From the IMG/VR virus record IMGVR_UViG_3300035208_006985: a DNA stretch of 64,000 bases; one strand, given 5' to 3'. The position numbers and the translations under genes are program-made. Positions within the stretch are counted from its first letter, which is position 1. Every line of letters starts with the position of its first letter. Positions 46,775-56,719 of this stretch are shown here, one piece after another. The stretch is from a virus. Lineage: Duplodnaviria > Caudoviricetes. The notes beneath the pieces are model-generated. The model made no database searches. It saw only the letters and a list, made by a program, of their open reading frames with translations, and was not told the origin of the DNA.

Positions 46775-48838
46775 TTAATCTATATTCTTTAATACACGCT
46801 TCGGAAACTCCCACTCACCCCGCTCTTTATTCCAGGAACTCACGGGTGTAAAAAATCCAACTACTCTTGTGTAATACTCAACAATTTTTTTACTGCAAAC
46901 AGGACAAATTTCTAATTTACCAAAACTATTATGCCCGGCCTCACACTCACTATAAACTGCATTAAGTGCAAAATGTTCACAACCAGACTTAATAGCATAT
47001 ATAATTAATTTTTCTGCCTGTTTTCCTGTAACCTTTTCTGAAAGAGTAAAATGAACTATGCCTCCACCAGTATAAAGCTGATTATATTTACCATCTATAT
47101 CCATTCTCTCATAAATAGTAACATCCTTCCATAAGGGTATAAATTGATTCGAATACAGAGTTTGAGTAACCTCTTTAGCTCCAAAAATAAGCTTATCTGC
47201 TTTGGCTAACCTTACAGCAAAAGACTCCCCGGGTATTTGTTCAATATTACCTGCTAAATCATACTCCTTGCATAGTTCTTCTACCCTTTTATTTACATAA
47301 ATTAAAATATCTGCCATTAAATCTTTATCTTGAATTTCACCCTTAAATTTCTTTTTTAAAACCTCTATGGCTTCAACAAGACCCAACACACCAAATGTTG
47401 AAAACATTTTACATAATGGAAGCCACCCATTTGTAATAAACGGCTGCAAACCTTTTTTTTCTAATTGACTAAGTAAAGTTTTATGGGCCTTAAGAATTTT
47501 AACAGACTCTATTAAACGCTTGTCCAATAATTTATAATACTCATCCAAAGATTTTGATTGCAGAGCTATTCTATTGTAATTAATAGTTACTACTCTATGA
47601 GAACCTAAAGATATCGCGGTTCCACCAAATGAATTTGACTGCGCTCCGAATTGCATAAGATCAACATTATTGATTAATCGACAACAGCTAGCAACCTTCA
47701 TACCCTCGCTTGAAAAAATATTATACCTATAAATTTCATATTTTACTATATCCTTCAAAAACTGTTTATCAATTATTTCCCACCCCTCTTTTTCGTTCTT
47801 TTGTTTAGAAACTGACAGGGTACAAATCGGAAAGCGGTACTGTCTTCCATCATTAAGGGGATCCCCCTTATCATAAAAATCTAAAAAAAGCATTTGCAAA
47901 AACATTATATATTCTACAACAGAATCTCTATATGTTTCCTTAGTTAAATCATTTTCTTTAAAAGCATCCCTAAGAGACTTATCAAAAGGAAAATACCATG
48001 CCATATTATCATCACTTATAAATGCCTTTAACTTTGTTCTATCAAATATGGATAAATTGGAAAACGGAGATTCTATAGAACTTCTACTTAAGTGGTTGAC
48101 TGAATGCGTAAATTGTTGAAATTCATTTTCAATTTTTTTCTGCAGCACTTTATCTTCTTTAAGCGTCTTATAGTCAACCCCCTGTTTATATATAAGTATA
48201 TGTGTTATGTCTAAAAAGAATGTCCCTATAGCTATGGCCCCAGCTACATGATTAGATAGTTGATGTATGGTTTCACACAATGCTGATATATAAGAAGAAA
48301 GTCTTTTAACAGGTTTAGAGGGTAACACACCAAAACTTCTGCCCTCTAAAACAATCTTAGAAGCATCTATTGCAAAACAATAGGGGGTCAATATTTTTGC
48401 AGAATCATGTAAACCCAAACTATAATCATATATACTACCCATTAATTTCTTAGCTTCTTGCTTACCGTAAAGCTCCTTACATACTCTATATAAATAATCA
48501 AAACCCACAAGCTTATCTACGGCTATTTTAGCCTCTTGCATTATCCCAGAAACTGTCTTTTCATTTTTATTAGAATTATCATCTATACTCACATCGTTTA
48601 GCTTTGCATTAATTATGCTCTCTATATTTTTAACAAAATCAAAATTGTCTAAATGAATACCCTGCAATTTTAAAAAAGAATCTACTACATTGGCATCATC
48701 CAATTCAAATTTATTCTTTAAACTGCGGATCAAAGTTCTTTTTATATTTTTAATAGTTCTTGCTGTATCCGCCTCTTCAAACATATTTGATGAAAATGTA
48801 AATTCATCTTCTTCATATGGTTTATTGCTATCAGACAT
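46775..48838 (-). CDS. nrdD: Anaerobic (class III) ribonucleotide reductase
   Basis: PYCFA, SPFSN, SCCRL, EQIPGES, GGGIVH, CPVC, glycyl-radical loop TRVVGF. Confidence 0.93.
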   Translation of the reverse strand: MSDSNKPYEEDEFTFSSNMFEEADTARTIKNIKRTLIRSLKNKFELDDANVVDSFLKLQGIHLDNFDFVKNIESIINAKLNDVSIDDNSNKNEKTVSGIMQEAKIAVDKLVGFDYLYRVCKELYGKQEAKKLMGSIYDYSLGLHDSAKILTPYCFAIDASKIVLEGRSFGVLPSKPVKRLSSYISALCETIHQLSNHVAGAIAIGTFFLDITHILIYKQGVDYKTLKEDKVLQKKIENEFQQFTHSVNHLSRSSIESPFSNLSIFDRTKLKAFISDDNMAWYFPFDKSLRDAFKENDLTKETYRDSVVEYIMFLQMLFLDFYDKGDPLNDGRQYRFPICTLSVSKQKNEKEGWEIIDKQFLKDIVKYEIYRYNIFSSEGMKVASCCRLINNVDLMQFGAQSNSFGGTAISLGSHRVVTINYNRIALQSKSLDEYYKLLDKRLIESVKILKAHKTLLSQLEKKGLQPFITNGWLPLCKMFSTFGVLGLVEAIEVLKKKFKGEIQDKDLMADILIYVNKRVEELCKEYDLAGNIEQIPGESFAVRLAKADKLIFGAKEVTQTLYSNQFIPLWKDVTIYERMDIDGKYNQLYTGGGIVHFTLSEKVTGKQAEKLIIYAIKSGCEHFALNAVYSECEAGHNSFGKLEICPVCSKKIVEYYTRVVGFFTPVSSWNKERGEWEFPKRVLKNID

Positions 48839-48842
48839 AATA

Positions 48843-49370
48843 CTACCTTTCAAAATATAAAACACCTTTGTCACTAATTTGTTTATAATTAGCATCATAA
48901 AAATTCTGATTTGTGGATGCTAATTTTATATATGTATCTTTCTTTTCAGAAACTTGTTTTAGATCAATGTCATACTTGCCGCACTTTACAAACTTAAACC
49001 CTCCCTCTACAAAATTTATTACATAATTAATATTGTACCCAGTATATATGCATATATTATATTGTTCCTTTATTTCCTTAATAAGGGCATTCATAAAATC
49101 CAAATTATCTTTGTATAACGGATCACCACCAAGAAATGATATATTATTTGTTCTTAACCTTGTTGAATAATCTTTTAATTGTAAGATAAAATCATCTACA
49201 GTCAATTTTATAGAATCCTTTGTAGGCTCTATTAATTGAAGGTTAGAACAGCCTAAACAATAATGGCCACACCCGACCAAATAAACACTAATGCATTCAT
49301 CTATCGTGGGGTAATCTAAAAAACTGTGAGAAAAAATTGGATTAGAAAAATATGCTTCTGCTTTAATAAT
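48843..49370 (-). CDS. nrdG: NrdG activating radical-SAM enzyme (probable ATT start)
   Basis: GCGHYCLGC, LGGDPL, IYTGY, GKY, STNQ. Conserved SFLDYP lies upstream of the track start. Confidence 0.85.
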   Translation of the reverse strand: MIKAEAYFSNPIFSHSFLDYPTIDECISVYLVGCGHYCLGCSNLQLIEPTKDSIKLTVDDFILQLKDYSTRLRTNNISFLGGDPLYKDNLDFMNALIKEIKEQYNICIYTGYNINYVINFVEGGFKFVKCGKYDIDLKQVSEKKDTYIKLASTNQNFYDANYKQISDKGVLYFER

Positions 49371-49387
49371 TGTAACCTCAAAATATA

Positions 49388-49840
49388 TTAAAATGTTACC
49401 CCAATAAACTTTTCGGATATCAAAATTTTATCCATCAGCTCTTTAATAAGCTCTGGATCTAATTGGCCATTTCCAGCACCTATTAAAGGAACATAAACCT
49501 TTTCTGGTAAACTTTCACTTATATCTTGTAGCCATTTAAGAGATTTTGTAACTGTATTAATATTTGCATTACCCTGCCAACTAAGATGGGGGCTCTTTAC
49601 ATTAAGGGGTTTTGAAGGCACCAAAATAAGTCTATAATCTGGGTAATAAACTCTAGAAGTTAGTAACTGACAATCTCTACCATAAATTTTAGGCAATTCT
49701 GTGTATACCTCACGGGCTTCTTTTGCTAAACCCGCACCCATAACGTTACTACCATCATGTTTCCAGCCCTCGTTTGTAGGTATTACTATGGTAGAACCTA
49801 ACTTATGCCAGACCCACAAATTACCTTGTTTAAAGTTCAT
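49388..49840 (-). CDS. Macro-domain (ADP-ribose processing) protein
   Basis: GNLW, IVIPTN, VMGAGLAK, PSK, VPLIGAGNGQL. Confidence 0.8.
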   Translation of the reverse strand: MNFKQGNLWVWHKLGSTIVIPTNEGWKHDGSNVMGAGLAKEAREVYTELPKIYGRDCQLLTSRVYYPDYRLILVPSKPLNVKSPHLSWQGNANINTVTKSLKWLQDISESLPEKVYVPLIGAGNGQLDPELIKELMDKILISEKFIGVTF

Positions 49841-49842
49841 AA

Positions 49843-50172
49843 TTAGACCCCTAAATCTTTTTCTGCTTCTATTACAACCTGTTCGATATGATTTACCCAT
49901 TCTGCAGCACTACACACTCGACAGGAATCTGATGCATCACATTTTACAGGCTCCTCAGACTCACACTTTCTTTTGGCAAGTTCCTCAATAACTTTTAAAC
50001 GGCGCAACAAGTTACTTAAACTTAATTGCCCGCCCAATTTCTCAGTTTGTTTTATTAAATCCTCTATCCCGTCCTCAAATACGTTTATTATATCTTTATA
50101 GTTCGCTATAATATTTTCATCGTATAGCTCCCTTCTTGCATAATCAAATAATGTTTTTAATTTAATGTTCAT
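49843..50172 (-). CDS. Hypothetical protein
   Basis: GGAGG SD before MNIKLK. Confidence 0.55.
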   Translation of the reverse strand: MNIKLKTLFDYARRELYDENIIANYKDIINVFEDGIEDLIKQTEKLGGQLSLSNLLRRLKVIEELAKRKCESEEPVKCDASDSCRVCSAAEWVNHIEQVVIEAEKDLGV

Positions 50173-50253
50173 ATCAATACCCCCTCCAAACACCAATTAA
50201 TACCCCAATGTTCTACTGCATTATAATAGGTATTTTTTTAAACAAAAACAAAT

Positions 50254-50892
50254 TTAAAATACATCTTTATTTATTTTTATTTTATCTAAAATCTTTTCTT
50301 TTTGCAGCCGTATACACTCTGCTGTTGTATGCATCATAGTAGCTACATCTCTAAGAGTTTTAGGTTCATAAGGTGGGGTTAAACCAAATAGAAGTGATAT
50401 TGTAAAGCGTTCTTTTTCTGTAAGATCTTTTAAATATAAATTAACAATTTCTTCTGCAGTATGCTCATTTATAAAAGCATCTTGATCCTCATCTGTTGTA
50501 GTAAAATAGCCCCCCTCAAAGCCCCGATAATTTATATGATTTTTTATATCCGCAACCTCTCTTAAATATTGGTTAATACTGGCCCTAATATGAAAAAAAC
50601 AATAACTAAAGACTCTTACATTGTATTTATCTACATTATACTTTTTAACACCCTCCATAAGACCCTCATTAGCCTCCTGTATCACATCCATAACATCAAC
50701 ATGATTGGGTATAGTAAAATTTCTTAAATAGTATATGACAAAGCGTAAATGAGAATTTACTACCCTTTCAAAGGCTTTTGCTGAACCTGAAGCAACTTGA
50801 AACATCAGCTCTCGCTCTTCCTCACGCTTTAAAGGGGTGTATCGTGGATGAGATAGGGATTTTGTATACTGTTCAAATACTAGGTTATTCAT
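50254..50892 (-). CDS. Phage sigma-70-family factor
   Basis: Region 2 NSHLRFV...DVIQEANEGLMEGVKKY; region 4 KTLRDVA...ECIRL. Confidence 0.9.
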   Translation of the reverse strand: MNNLVFEQYTKSLSHPRYTPLKREEERELMFQVASGSAKAFERVVNSHLRFVIYYLRNFTIPNHVDVMDVIQEANEGLMEGVKKYNVDKYNVRVFSYCFFHIRASINQYLREVADIKNHINYRGFEGGYFTTTDEDQDAFINEHTAEEIVNLYLKDLTEKERFTISLLFGLTPPYEPKTLRDVATMMHTTAECIRLQKEKILDKIKINKDVF

Positions 50893-50918
50893 ATTAGACT
50901 TTTAAAAGTTTGTTTCAA

Positions 50919-51440
50919 TTATTTACGTTTTAAACACTGTGCAGTAGCATCTCTCATTGATAATATAGGCTTACTAATGGGCCAATAAACTTTTAATGTG
51001 GGGTCATCCCAGGGAATTGTAAATTGCTTACTTCTATCATAAAAAGTAGTCTGTTTATAATAATAAACAACATTATCTGTTAAAGCTAGCATAGCATTAC
51101 CAAATCCAGGAGGAATTAATAATTGATACCTGTTTCTTTCACTAATATGAAATGCCTGCCACTCTAAATATGTAGGAGAGTCCATATTTAAATCAACAAT
51201 TACTTCATAAACCTCACCCGAAACTACTTGAATAAGCTTCCATGTTTCATTATCGCCATGAAATCCCCTTAACACATCTTTTCTAGATGTAGAAAAACTA
51301 TCCTGAACAAAAGGAACATTTACATCTAAAGATTTATAAATATTATTATTAAATGTTTCTACATAATCACCTCTAAAATCTCTAAATATGGGGATTTCTA
51401 ATAGTTTTGCTTTTTCAAATTTAGTATCATGAATAATCAT
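50919..51440 (-). CDS. dTDP-4-dehydrorhamnose 3,5-epimerase (RmlC family)
   Basis: FRDFRG, FVQD, VLRGFHG, LIPPGFG, WDDP. Confidence 0.88.
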   Translation of the reverse strand: MIIHDTKFEKAKLLEIPIFRDFRGDYVETFNNNIYKSLDVNVPFVQDSFSTSRKDVLRGFHGDNETWKLIQVVSGEVYEVIVDLNMDSPTYLEWQAFHISERNRYQLLIPPGFGNAMLALTDNVVYYYKQTTFYDRSKQFTIPWDDPTLKVYWPISKPILSMRDATAQCLKRK

Positions 51441-52297
51441 AACGTTCCTTTCGCATAATTATATGCTTCTGTTATACCCTCTTCTAACGATGTAATTGCT
51501 TTAAATCCTATATCTCCTTGATCGGGGTCCTCAAACACCACTCTTGTTTGGCCCCCTCTTTTTTCTTTAGGTATATACACGATTTCTTTTCCTGAAAGTC
51601 TACTTAGTATTTCCGCTGCTTGCTTTATACTGTGTAATTTTCCAGAACCTAAGTTAATAGGTTTATTGGGCATTTGATCCATAGCTAATATCATTCCTCT
51701 AGCAACATCTTTAGCATTGATAAATTCCCTGGTTTCTGAACCATCCCCCCACACCTCTATAGTATCACATGTTAGTGCTTTCCTAATAAGACTAGTAATT
51801 ACCATGGCATCAATATTTTTAAAATTTCCATACCTTCCGTAAACATTTGAAGGGCGTATTACGCAACAATTATTACCAAATTCTGGGTATTGTATTTTAT
51901 AGGCCTCAATTTGAAACTCCCCCATTTGTTTTGCTGCAGCAGGATATTTATCTGTATCTGGATTCAATACTGCAACAGAAGAGGTGTATAAAAATTTCTT
52001 AACCCCTTGTAGTCGCGCGGCTTCCAAAATGTTGGTTCCACATTGAATCATGGGAACAAAAAAATCAATAGGTCTTTCACTAGTCATCTTAGGAGACCCC
52101 GTAATCCCCATAAGTGAAAAAACCTCATCTATACCCTCCATTACATCCAAACAAGTATTATAATAACGTAAATCAATGCCCAAACTCAAATCAGCATATC
52201 TAATAATTGCTTTAGGTTCCTTTATCTTTAGTTGTTCAACCAGTTCTCTCCCAATCATTCCTGTAGAACCAGTAACTAAAATATTCTTTTGTTCCAT
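51437..52297 (-). CDS. NAD-dependent epimerase/reductase (GDP-fucose synthase-like)
   Basis: VTGSTGMIG, YPAAAK, RPSNVYG, WGDGSETREF. Confidence 0.85.
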   Translation of the reverse strand: MEQKNILVTGSTGMIGRELVEQLKIKEPKAIIRYADLSLGIDLRYYNTCLDVMEGIDEVFSLMGITGSPKMTSERPIDFFVPMIQCGTNILEAARLQGVKKFLYTSSVAVLNPDTDKYPAAAKQMGEFQIEAYKIQYPEFGNNCCVIRPSNVYGRYGNFKNIDAMVITSLIRKALTCDTIEVWGDGSETREFINAKDVARGMILAMDQMPNKPINLGSGKLHSIKQAAEILSRLSGKEIVYIPKEKRGGQTRVVFEDPDQGDIGFKAITSLEEGITEAYNYAKGTL

Positions 52298-52299
52298 AT

Positions 52300-52842
52300 T
52301 TATCCTTTGTGGTATAAATCACCATATTCTATAAGAATAGTTGACTTACCATCCTCTCTATTTAATGCAAGTTTATATTCATCAAAAATTTGATTCTTAT
52401 CTAGCAATTGCACTACATTTATCTCCCCCCTACACAATAGTTTTAAAGCCTCCGTATGATCCTGACAATGCTGAGGCCCCGGATTTAAAGGTTCTTTAGC
52501 CCCTACACTAGTGCGTATAATAACCCGAGGATTATAACCCCCTTTAGATACTTTTTTAATATTCGCCAAATGATTTGTAATCTGATTAGCAGCTACAATT
52601 AAAAAATCCATTCTAGGATAAATACTGACAGGTATCCAACCCCCCAAAGCCAGACCTATGCTCATGCCCATCTGAAAATCTTCAAACACCGGTAACTCTA
52701 ATCTAGACTCCATGGGTACATTTTTCATACTTTTGTATAATGCATGGCCATCAAATTCTACTGACTGCCCTATAAATTTAACTTTTGGATTTTCACCTAA
52801 GTATGTCATAACTCTTATAAGTTCATCAAAATAATCCGCCAT
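52300..52842 (-). CDS. Short 2-oxoacid dehydrogenase E1 beta-like subunit
   Basis: IGQSV, ELPVFEDFQMGMSIGLAL, GPQH; lacks the C-terminal domain. Confidence 0.8.
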   Translation of the reverse strand: MADYFDELIRVMTYLGENPKVKFIGQSVEFDGHALYKSMKNVPMESRLELPVFEDFQMGMSIGLALGGWIPVSIYPRMDFLIVAANQITNHLANIKKVSKGGYNPRVIIRTSVGAKEPLNPGPQHCQDHTEALKLLCRGEINVVQLLDKNQIFDEYKLALNREDGKSTILIEYGDLYHKG

Positions 52843-52851
52843 AAACCCCTC

Positions 52852-53499
52852 TCAAAAATGAACAAATTTTCCAATTCCAACATGTGGATAGACTTCTCGT
52901 TTATAATTAAAATAAGTTACATAATCTTTTAAATTTCCATTCTTAAAATAATCACATGCTACTTTACCACCCCAAGTTTCATCCGTAGGGGAATTGGTGG
53001 ATAAATTATTATCCTCAATTATAAAATGAATGGGAAGTTTTTTATTTACTGAATACTTTACTGCCTCATAAAAAACACCACTTTCTGCTGCCATGTCTCC
53101 CACAAAACAAAAAACTCTCCCGTCTGAATTATTATATTTTAAACCTAAAGCAGTTCCTACAGCTATAGGTAAAATACCCCCCACAATCGCAGATGTATAA
53201 ATGTGATGTTTTGGGGATTGAAAGGATATGCTGTTCCCCAATAAAATTTCTTCCAATAATACTTCTTTGGGTACTCCATGCAAAATAGAATGGTAATGAT
53301 TACGCCATGTAGAAAATACCCAATCCTCAGAATTTATATATTGAAAAAAATCAATAAGATACTCCTCATTATTAAAAGACAAGTGTACCGGGGCTTTTAT
53401 CTGACCTCCCTCCCATCTTTTAGCAATATCAGACTCAAAATCTATAAGCTCTTGTTTTGTAATATTTATCTCTCGCTGCTTTGTAAGTCCCATACACAT
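52852..53499 (-). CDS. Short E1 alpha-like ThDP-binding subunit
   Basis: PVHLS, TWRNHYH, SAIVGG, GDMAAESG...EDNN. Confidence 0.82.
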   Translation of the reverse strand: MCMGLTKQREINITKQELIDFESDIAKRWEGGQIKAPVHLSFNNEEYLIDFFQYINSEDWVFSTWRNHYHSILHGVPKEVLLEEILLGNSISFQSPKHHIYTSAIVGGILPIAVGTALGLKYNNSDGRVFCFVGDMAAESGVFYEAVKYSVNKKLPIHFIIEDNNLSTNSPTDETWGGKVACDYFKNGNLKDYVTYFNYKREVYPHVGIGKFVHF

Positions 53500-53505
53500 G
53501 CTCTC

Positions 53506-54288
53506 CTAAACCCACTTATTTGGTACATTATTTCCCTGAGAAACTTGATAAATAGACTCATCCATTACAAAAGATTCAAAAGGCATTGATCTTGTTTCCC
53601 GTAAATTATCATTATCAGACCACAATGATTTTAGTAAATTTGTGTCTTGATGCCCCCAATGACCCCAAGTTGTATTGTAAGTTTTTGCAGCCCAACCTAC
53701 ATCTTCATCTGAATGACCCTCCTTACACCAAAAATAAGATCCACCAGCATAGAAAGCTCTTATAAATAAGTCAAAATTAGCATCACAATATATAAAACTT
53801 TTATCAAAACCACCCAATTCCATAAAAAACTTTCTACTAATAAGGGAAAGTCCCCCAGGTATTAGCATAGTTCGTTTATTAGTATCTACGTATCTAGGAA
53901 TTTTGCAGGTGTGCGTTTGATCTGCCCCCCGTAAAAACATTCTCAAAGCAATTATAGCTTTATAATCATTCTTTTGAGTGTATATAGAATATGCCTCGTC
54001 TAAAGCCCCTGGACTAAATATAAGATCATCCGCCACAAGACTGATTACATCTCCCTTAGTATGCATTGCCCCAATCTGCCAGCACTGAATTAATTTAATA
54101 TTAGCAGTTTTTATATAAATTAAATTATGGGGCAAATCAAATGTAGGGGCTATGGGTCCACAAAAAATTATCTCAAATGGCAGTGTAGTGGCTTGTGAAA
54201 CACTTTCATAAAGATGCATCCATAGGTGCGGACGAATGCTAGGTCCAAACAAACTCAAAACTGGCTTTATTATAATATCACTATCCAT
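53506..54288 (-). CDS. Glycosyltransferase, GT-A/GT2-like
   Basis: FEIIFCG, VADDLIF (DxD), LGGFDKSF, D..LFIR. Confidence 0.7.
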   Translation of the reverse strand: MDSDIIIKPVLSLFGPSIRPHLWMHLYESVSQATTLPFEIIFCGPIAPTFDLPHNLIYIKTANIKLIQCWQIGAMHTKGDVISLVADDLIFSPGALDEAYSIYTQKNDYKAIIALRMFLRGADQTHTCKIPRYVDTNKRTMLIPGGLSLISRKFFMELGGFDKSFIYCDANFDLFIRAFYAGGSYFWCKEGHSDEDVGWAAKTYNTTWGHWGHQDTNLLKSLWSDNDNLRETRSMPFESFVMDESIYQVSQGNNVPNKWV

Positions 54289-54291
54289 ATA

Positions 54292-55050
54292 CTAATTACC
54301 CTCATAAATAAAATAAGAAGTTCTCGAAGTAATAGGAAATCTCATTAGCTTAATCTTATTAAGTCCAATTTCTTCCATTAATGCAACAGTCTCCCCTGGG
54401 GAATCTGGATCATTTAATTCATCAAATCCGACTACACTACCCCTAACTAATCTGCTTTTAATCATTCTTAAACAATCTCTAGTTGGTTTATAAATATCAA
54501 AATCAAAATATGCTAAAGCAATAATAGTCTCAGGATGATCCTCTAAATACTTATTAAATGTAATGGATGCATCCCCCTTAATTACTTCAAACTTAGGTAT
54601 GTGCGATAGGGGGTTATCTGCCTCTTGGGCTTTTAAAATTTCTCTAAGATAGTCATCATATTCTGAAGGAAGTAATAAGTTCCCCTCCCTCATAAGATCA
54701 GAGCCACCATCCTTTAAATCTATAGAAGAAAACCCAGTAAAGGTATCAAATCCAATAATCTTGCGATGCCTATTAAAAGGTTCATAAATACCACGCAAAG
54801 CAGAAAATAAAGAAAGATTTTGCCCCCAATGGCAACCAAACTCTATTGCAACCCCCTGCAAATTTACTATATTACTATACAAATGGTTCATAAATAATAT
54901 TCTTGACAGTGTTTTTGAATTTAAATATAAACCCAAATTTGATAGTATTTGATCATCCGGCAAAGGACTATTTTTAAAAAGTTTTACTAAATTATTTCTT
55001 GCTGCTTTTTCATTCTCACTTGTATATGTTTTTATATCAAATTCACCCAT
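54292..55050 (-). CDS. TylF/MycF-family sugar O-methyltransferase
   Basis: IEFGCHWG, GFDTFTGF, DFDIYKPT, FDE, PGE. Confidence 0.85.
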   Translation of the reverse strand: MGEFDIKTYTSENEKAARNNLVKLFKNSPLPDDQILSNLGLYLNSKTLSRILFMNHLYSNIVNLQGVAIEFGCHWGQNLSLFSALRGIYEPFNRHRKIIGFDTFTGFSSIDLKDGGSDLMREGNLLLPSEYDDYLREILKAQEADNPLSHIPKFEVIKGDASITFNKYLEDHPETIIALAYFDFDIYKPTRDCLRMIKSRLVRGSVVGFDELNDPDSPGETVALMEEIGLNKIKLMRFPITSRTSYFIYEGN

Positions 55051-55959
55051 CTAAACCTCCGATAATACATTAATAAATTTTTCTCTAAGAGAATTTATAT
55101 CTAAACCATATTTTTCATGTAACCACTTCCTATCAGCGTAACCAAAAAATTGTTTATCCTCCAAAGCAATTTTAATTATAGGTTTAAATACACCTATCTC
55201 TGACATATACTCCAAAATAGTAGTAGATAGAGCACCATATTTAACATTTTCTTCTACAACAACTATTTTATTAGACAAATTTATAATATCAGATAAAATA
55301 CCTTTAGAATAGGGTTTTATTTTATACATGTCAACTAAACCTATTTTTAAACCCTCTAAAGCTTCCACACAAGAATGAACCATTGTTCCGGTAGAAATAA
55401 CATTAACTTTTGATAAATTTTTTATAACATTAAATCCATCAAGATGTAATGTAAAATCATAGTCAGGATAAATTCCTTTATCCAACCTAATAAATGCAGG
55501 AGCTTTTAAATTATATGATAGCTTAACACATTCCTTGGTTGTAAAAGCATCACTTGTATTTAATATAGTCATTTCTGGTAAAGTTCTCATAATAGCTATG
55601 TCATTTATAGCATGGTGCGTTGGCCCATCAAAACTAAAACTAAACCCCGCACCCAGCCCAATTAACGTTATTGGCAAATTCATACTGCATATATTAACCT
55701 TTATCTGCTCATAACATCTCATAGTCATAAATGAGGTAATTGAATAAATATAAGGTTTAAATCCACCAATAGCAAGACCTGTGGCTACAAGAATTGCATT
55801 TTGTTCTGCAACCCCCATATTAAAAAATCTATCAGGAAAATCCCTTTTAAATTTTTTTAGAGCAAAGGCATCCGCATCAGCAGTAAGAAACACAATTTTA
55901 TCATCCTGTCGTGCATACTCATAAAGACTATCAAATAATATATCTCTAAGATCAACCAT
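55051..55959 (-). CDS. Transketolase C-terminal subunit
   Basis: PDRFFNMGVAEQN, RCYEQI, DGPTHH, VEEN. Confidence 0.88.
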   Translation of the reverse strand: MVDLRDILFDSLYEYARQDDKIVFLTADADAFALKKFKRDFPDRFFNMGVAEQNAILVATGLAIGGFKPYIYSITSFMTMRCYEQIKVNICSMNLPITLIGLGAGFSFSFDGPTHHAINDIAIMRTLPEMTILNTSDAFTTKECVKLSYNLKAPAFIRLDKGIYPDYDFTLHLDGFNVIKNLSKVNVISTGTMVHSCVEALEGLKIGLVDMYKIKPYSKGILSDIINLSNKIVVVEENVKYGALSTTILEYMSEIGVFKPIIKIALEDKQFFGYADRKWLHEKYGLDINSLREKFINVLSEV

Positions 55960-56719
55960 TTAATTCTTTACTCGCTTGAATATATTGTTCTTTATTAAGT
56001 ATACCACTATGACTATCCACATTATTTTCTAAAAAAGATATTCCCTTACCCTTAATTGTATTAAATATAATAATAACAGATTCATTGTCAATACTATCGA
56101 AAGCTGTTAATATGGAATAAAAATCATGCCCATCCATCTCTATTACCCGCAAACCAAATGCCTCGAATTTGTCTACCAATCTATCATTCTCAATAAAATC
56201 TGTTACAGATAATCTATTCCTATCCACAATAATAGTTAAGCCCGCAATTTTATTCTTAGCTATAAAATCTATAGATTCCCATATAGATCCCTCCTCACAC
56301 TCACCGTCCCCCACAACCACAAAAATTTTCTTTTGACTATTACCCCCCAACTTTAAAGCAAGAGCATACCCAGCACCTATACCAATAACATGTCCAAGAG
56401 ATCCCGTGTTATATTCCGATTCTAAAAAATTTTTATCAAATTGAGTGCCCAATAAGGACCCGTTAGTACCAAAAGTATCTAATAAATCTTTACTTAGTAA
56501 TCCCAAGTCTTCCCAAATTGCATAAGAAGCCAAACAGGCGTGTCCCTTACCAATTAAAAGTAAATCTTTTTCTTTGTTTCCATATTTTAATACCCCACCA
56601 TAGTAAATGGCTACAAGAATATCGACCAAAGAAAGGGTTCCTCCTAAATGACCTTTTCCTGTCTTATAAGCTATATCAAGTATTCTTTTGCGTATTTTCT
56701 TAGCTTTTTCTATTAACAT
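55952..56719 (-). CDS. Transketolase N-terminal subunit
   Basis: GHLGGTLS, KGHA, TGSLGH, GDGECEEG..WE, DGHD, TIKGKG. Confidence 0.88.
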   Translation of the reverse strand: MLIEKAKKIRKRILDIAYKTGKGHLGGTLSLVDILVAIYYGGVLKYGNKEKDLLLIGKGHACLASYAIWEDLGLLSKDLLDTFGTNGSLLGTQFDKNFLESEYNTGSLGHVIGIGAGYALALKLGGNSQKKIFVVVGDGECEEGSIWESIDFIAKNKIAGLTIIVDRNRLSVTDFIENDRLVDKFEAFGLRVIEMDGHDFYSILTAFDSIDNESVIIIFNTIKGKGISFLENNVDSHSGILNKEQYIQASKELNG

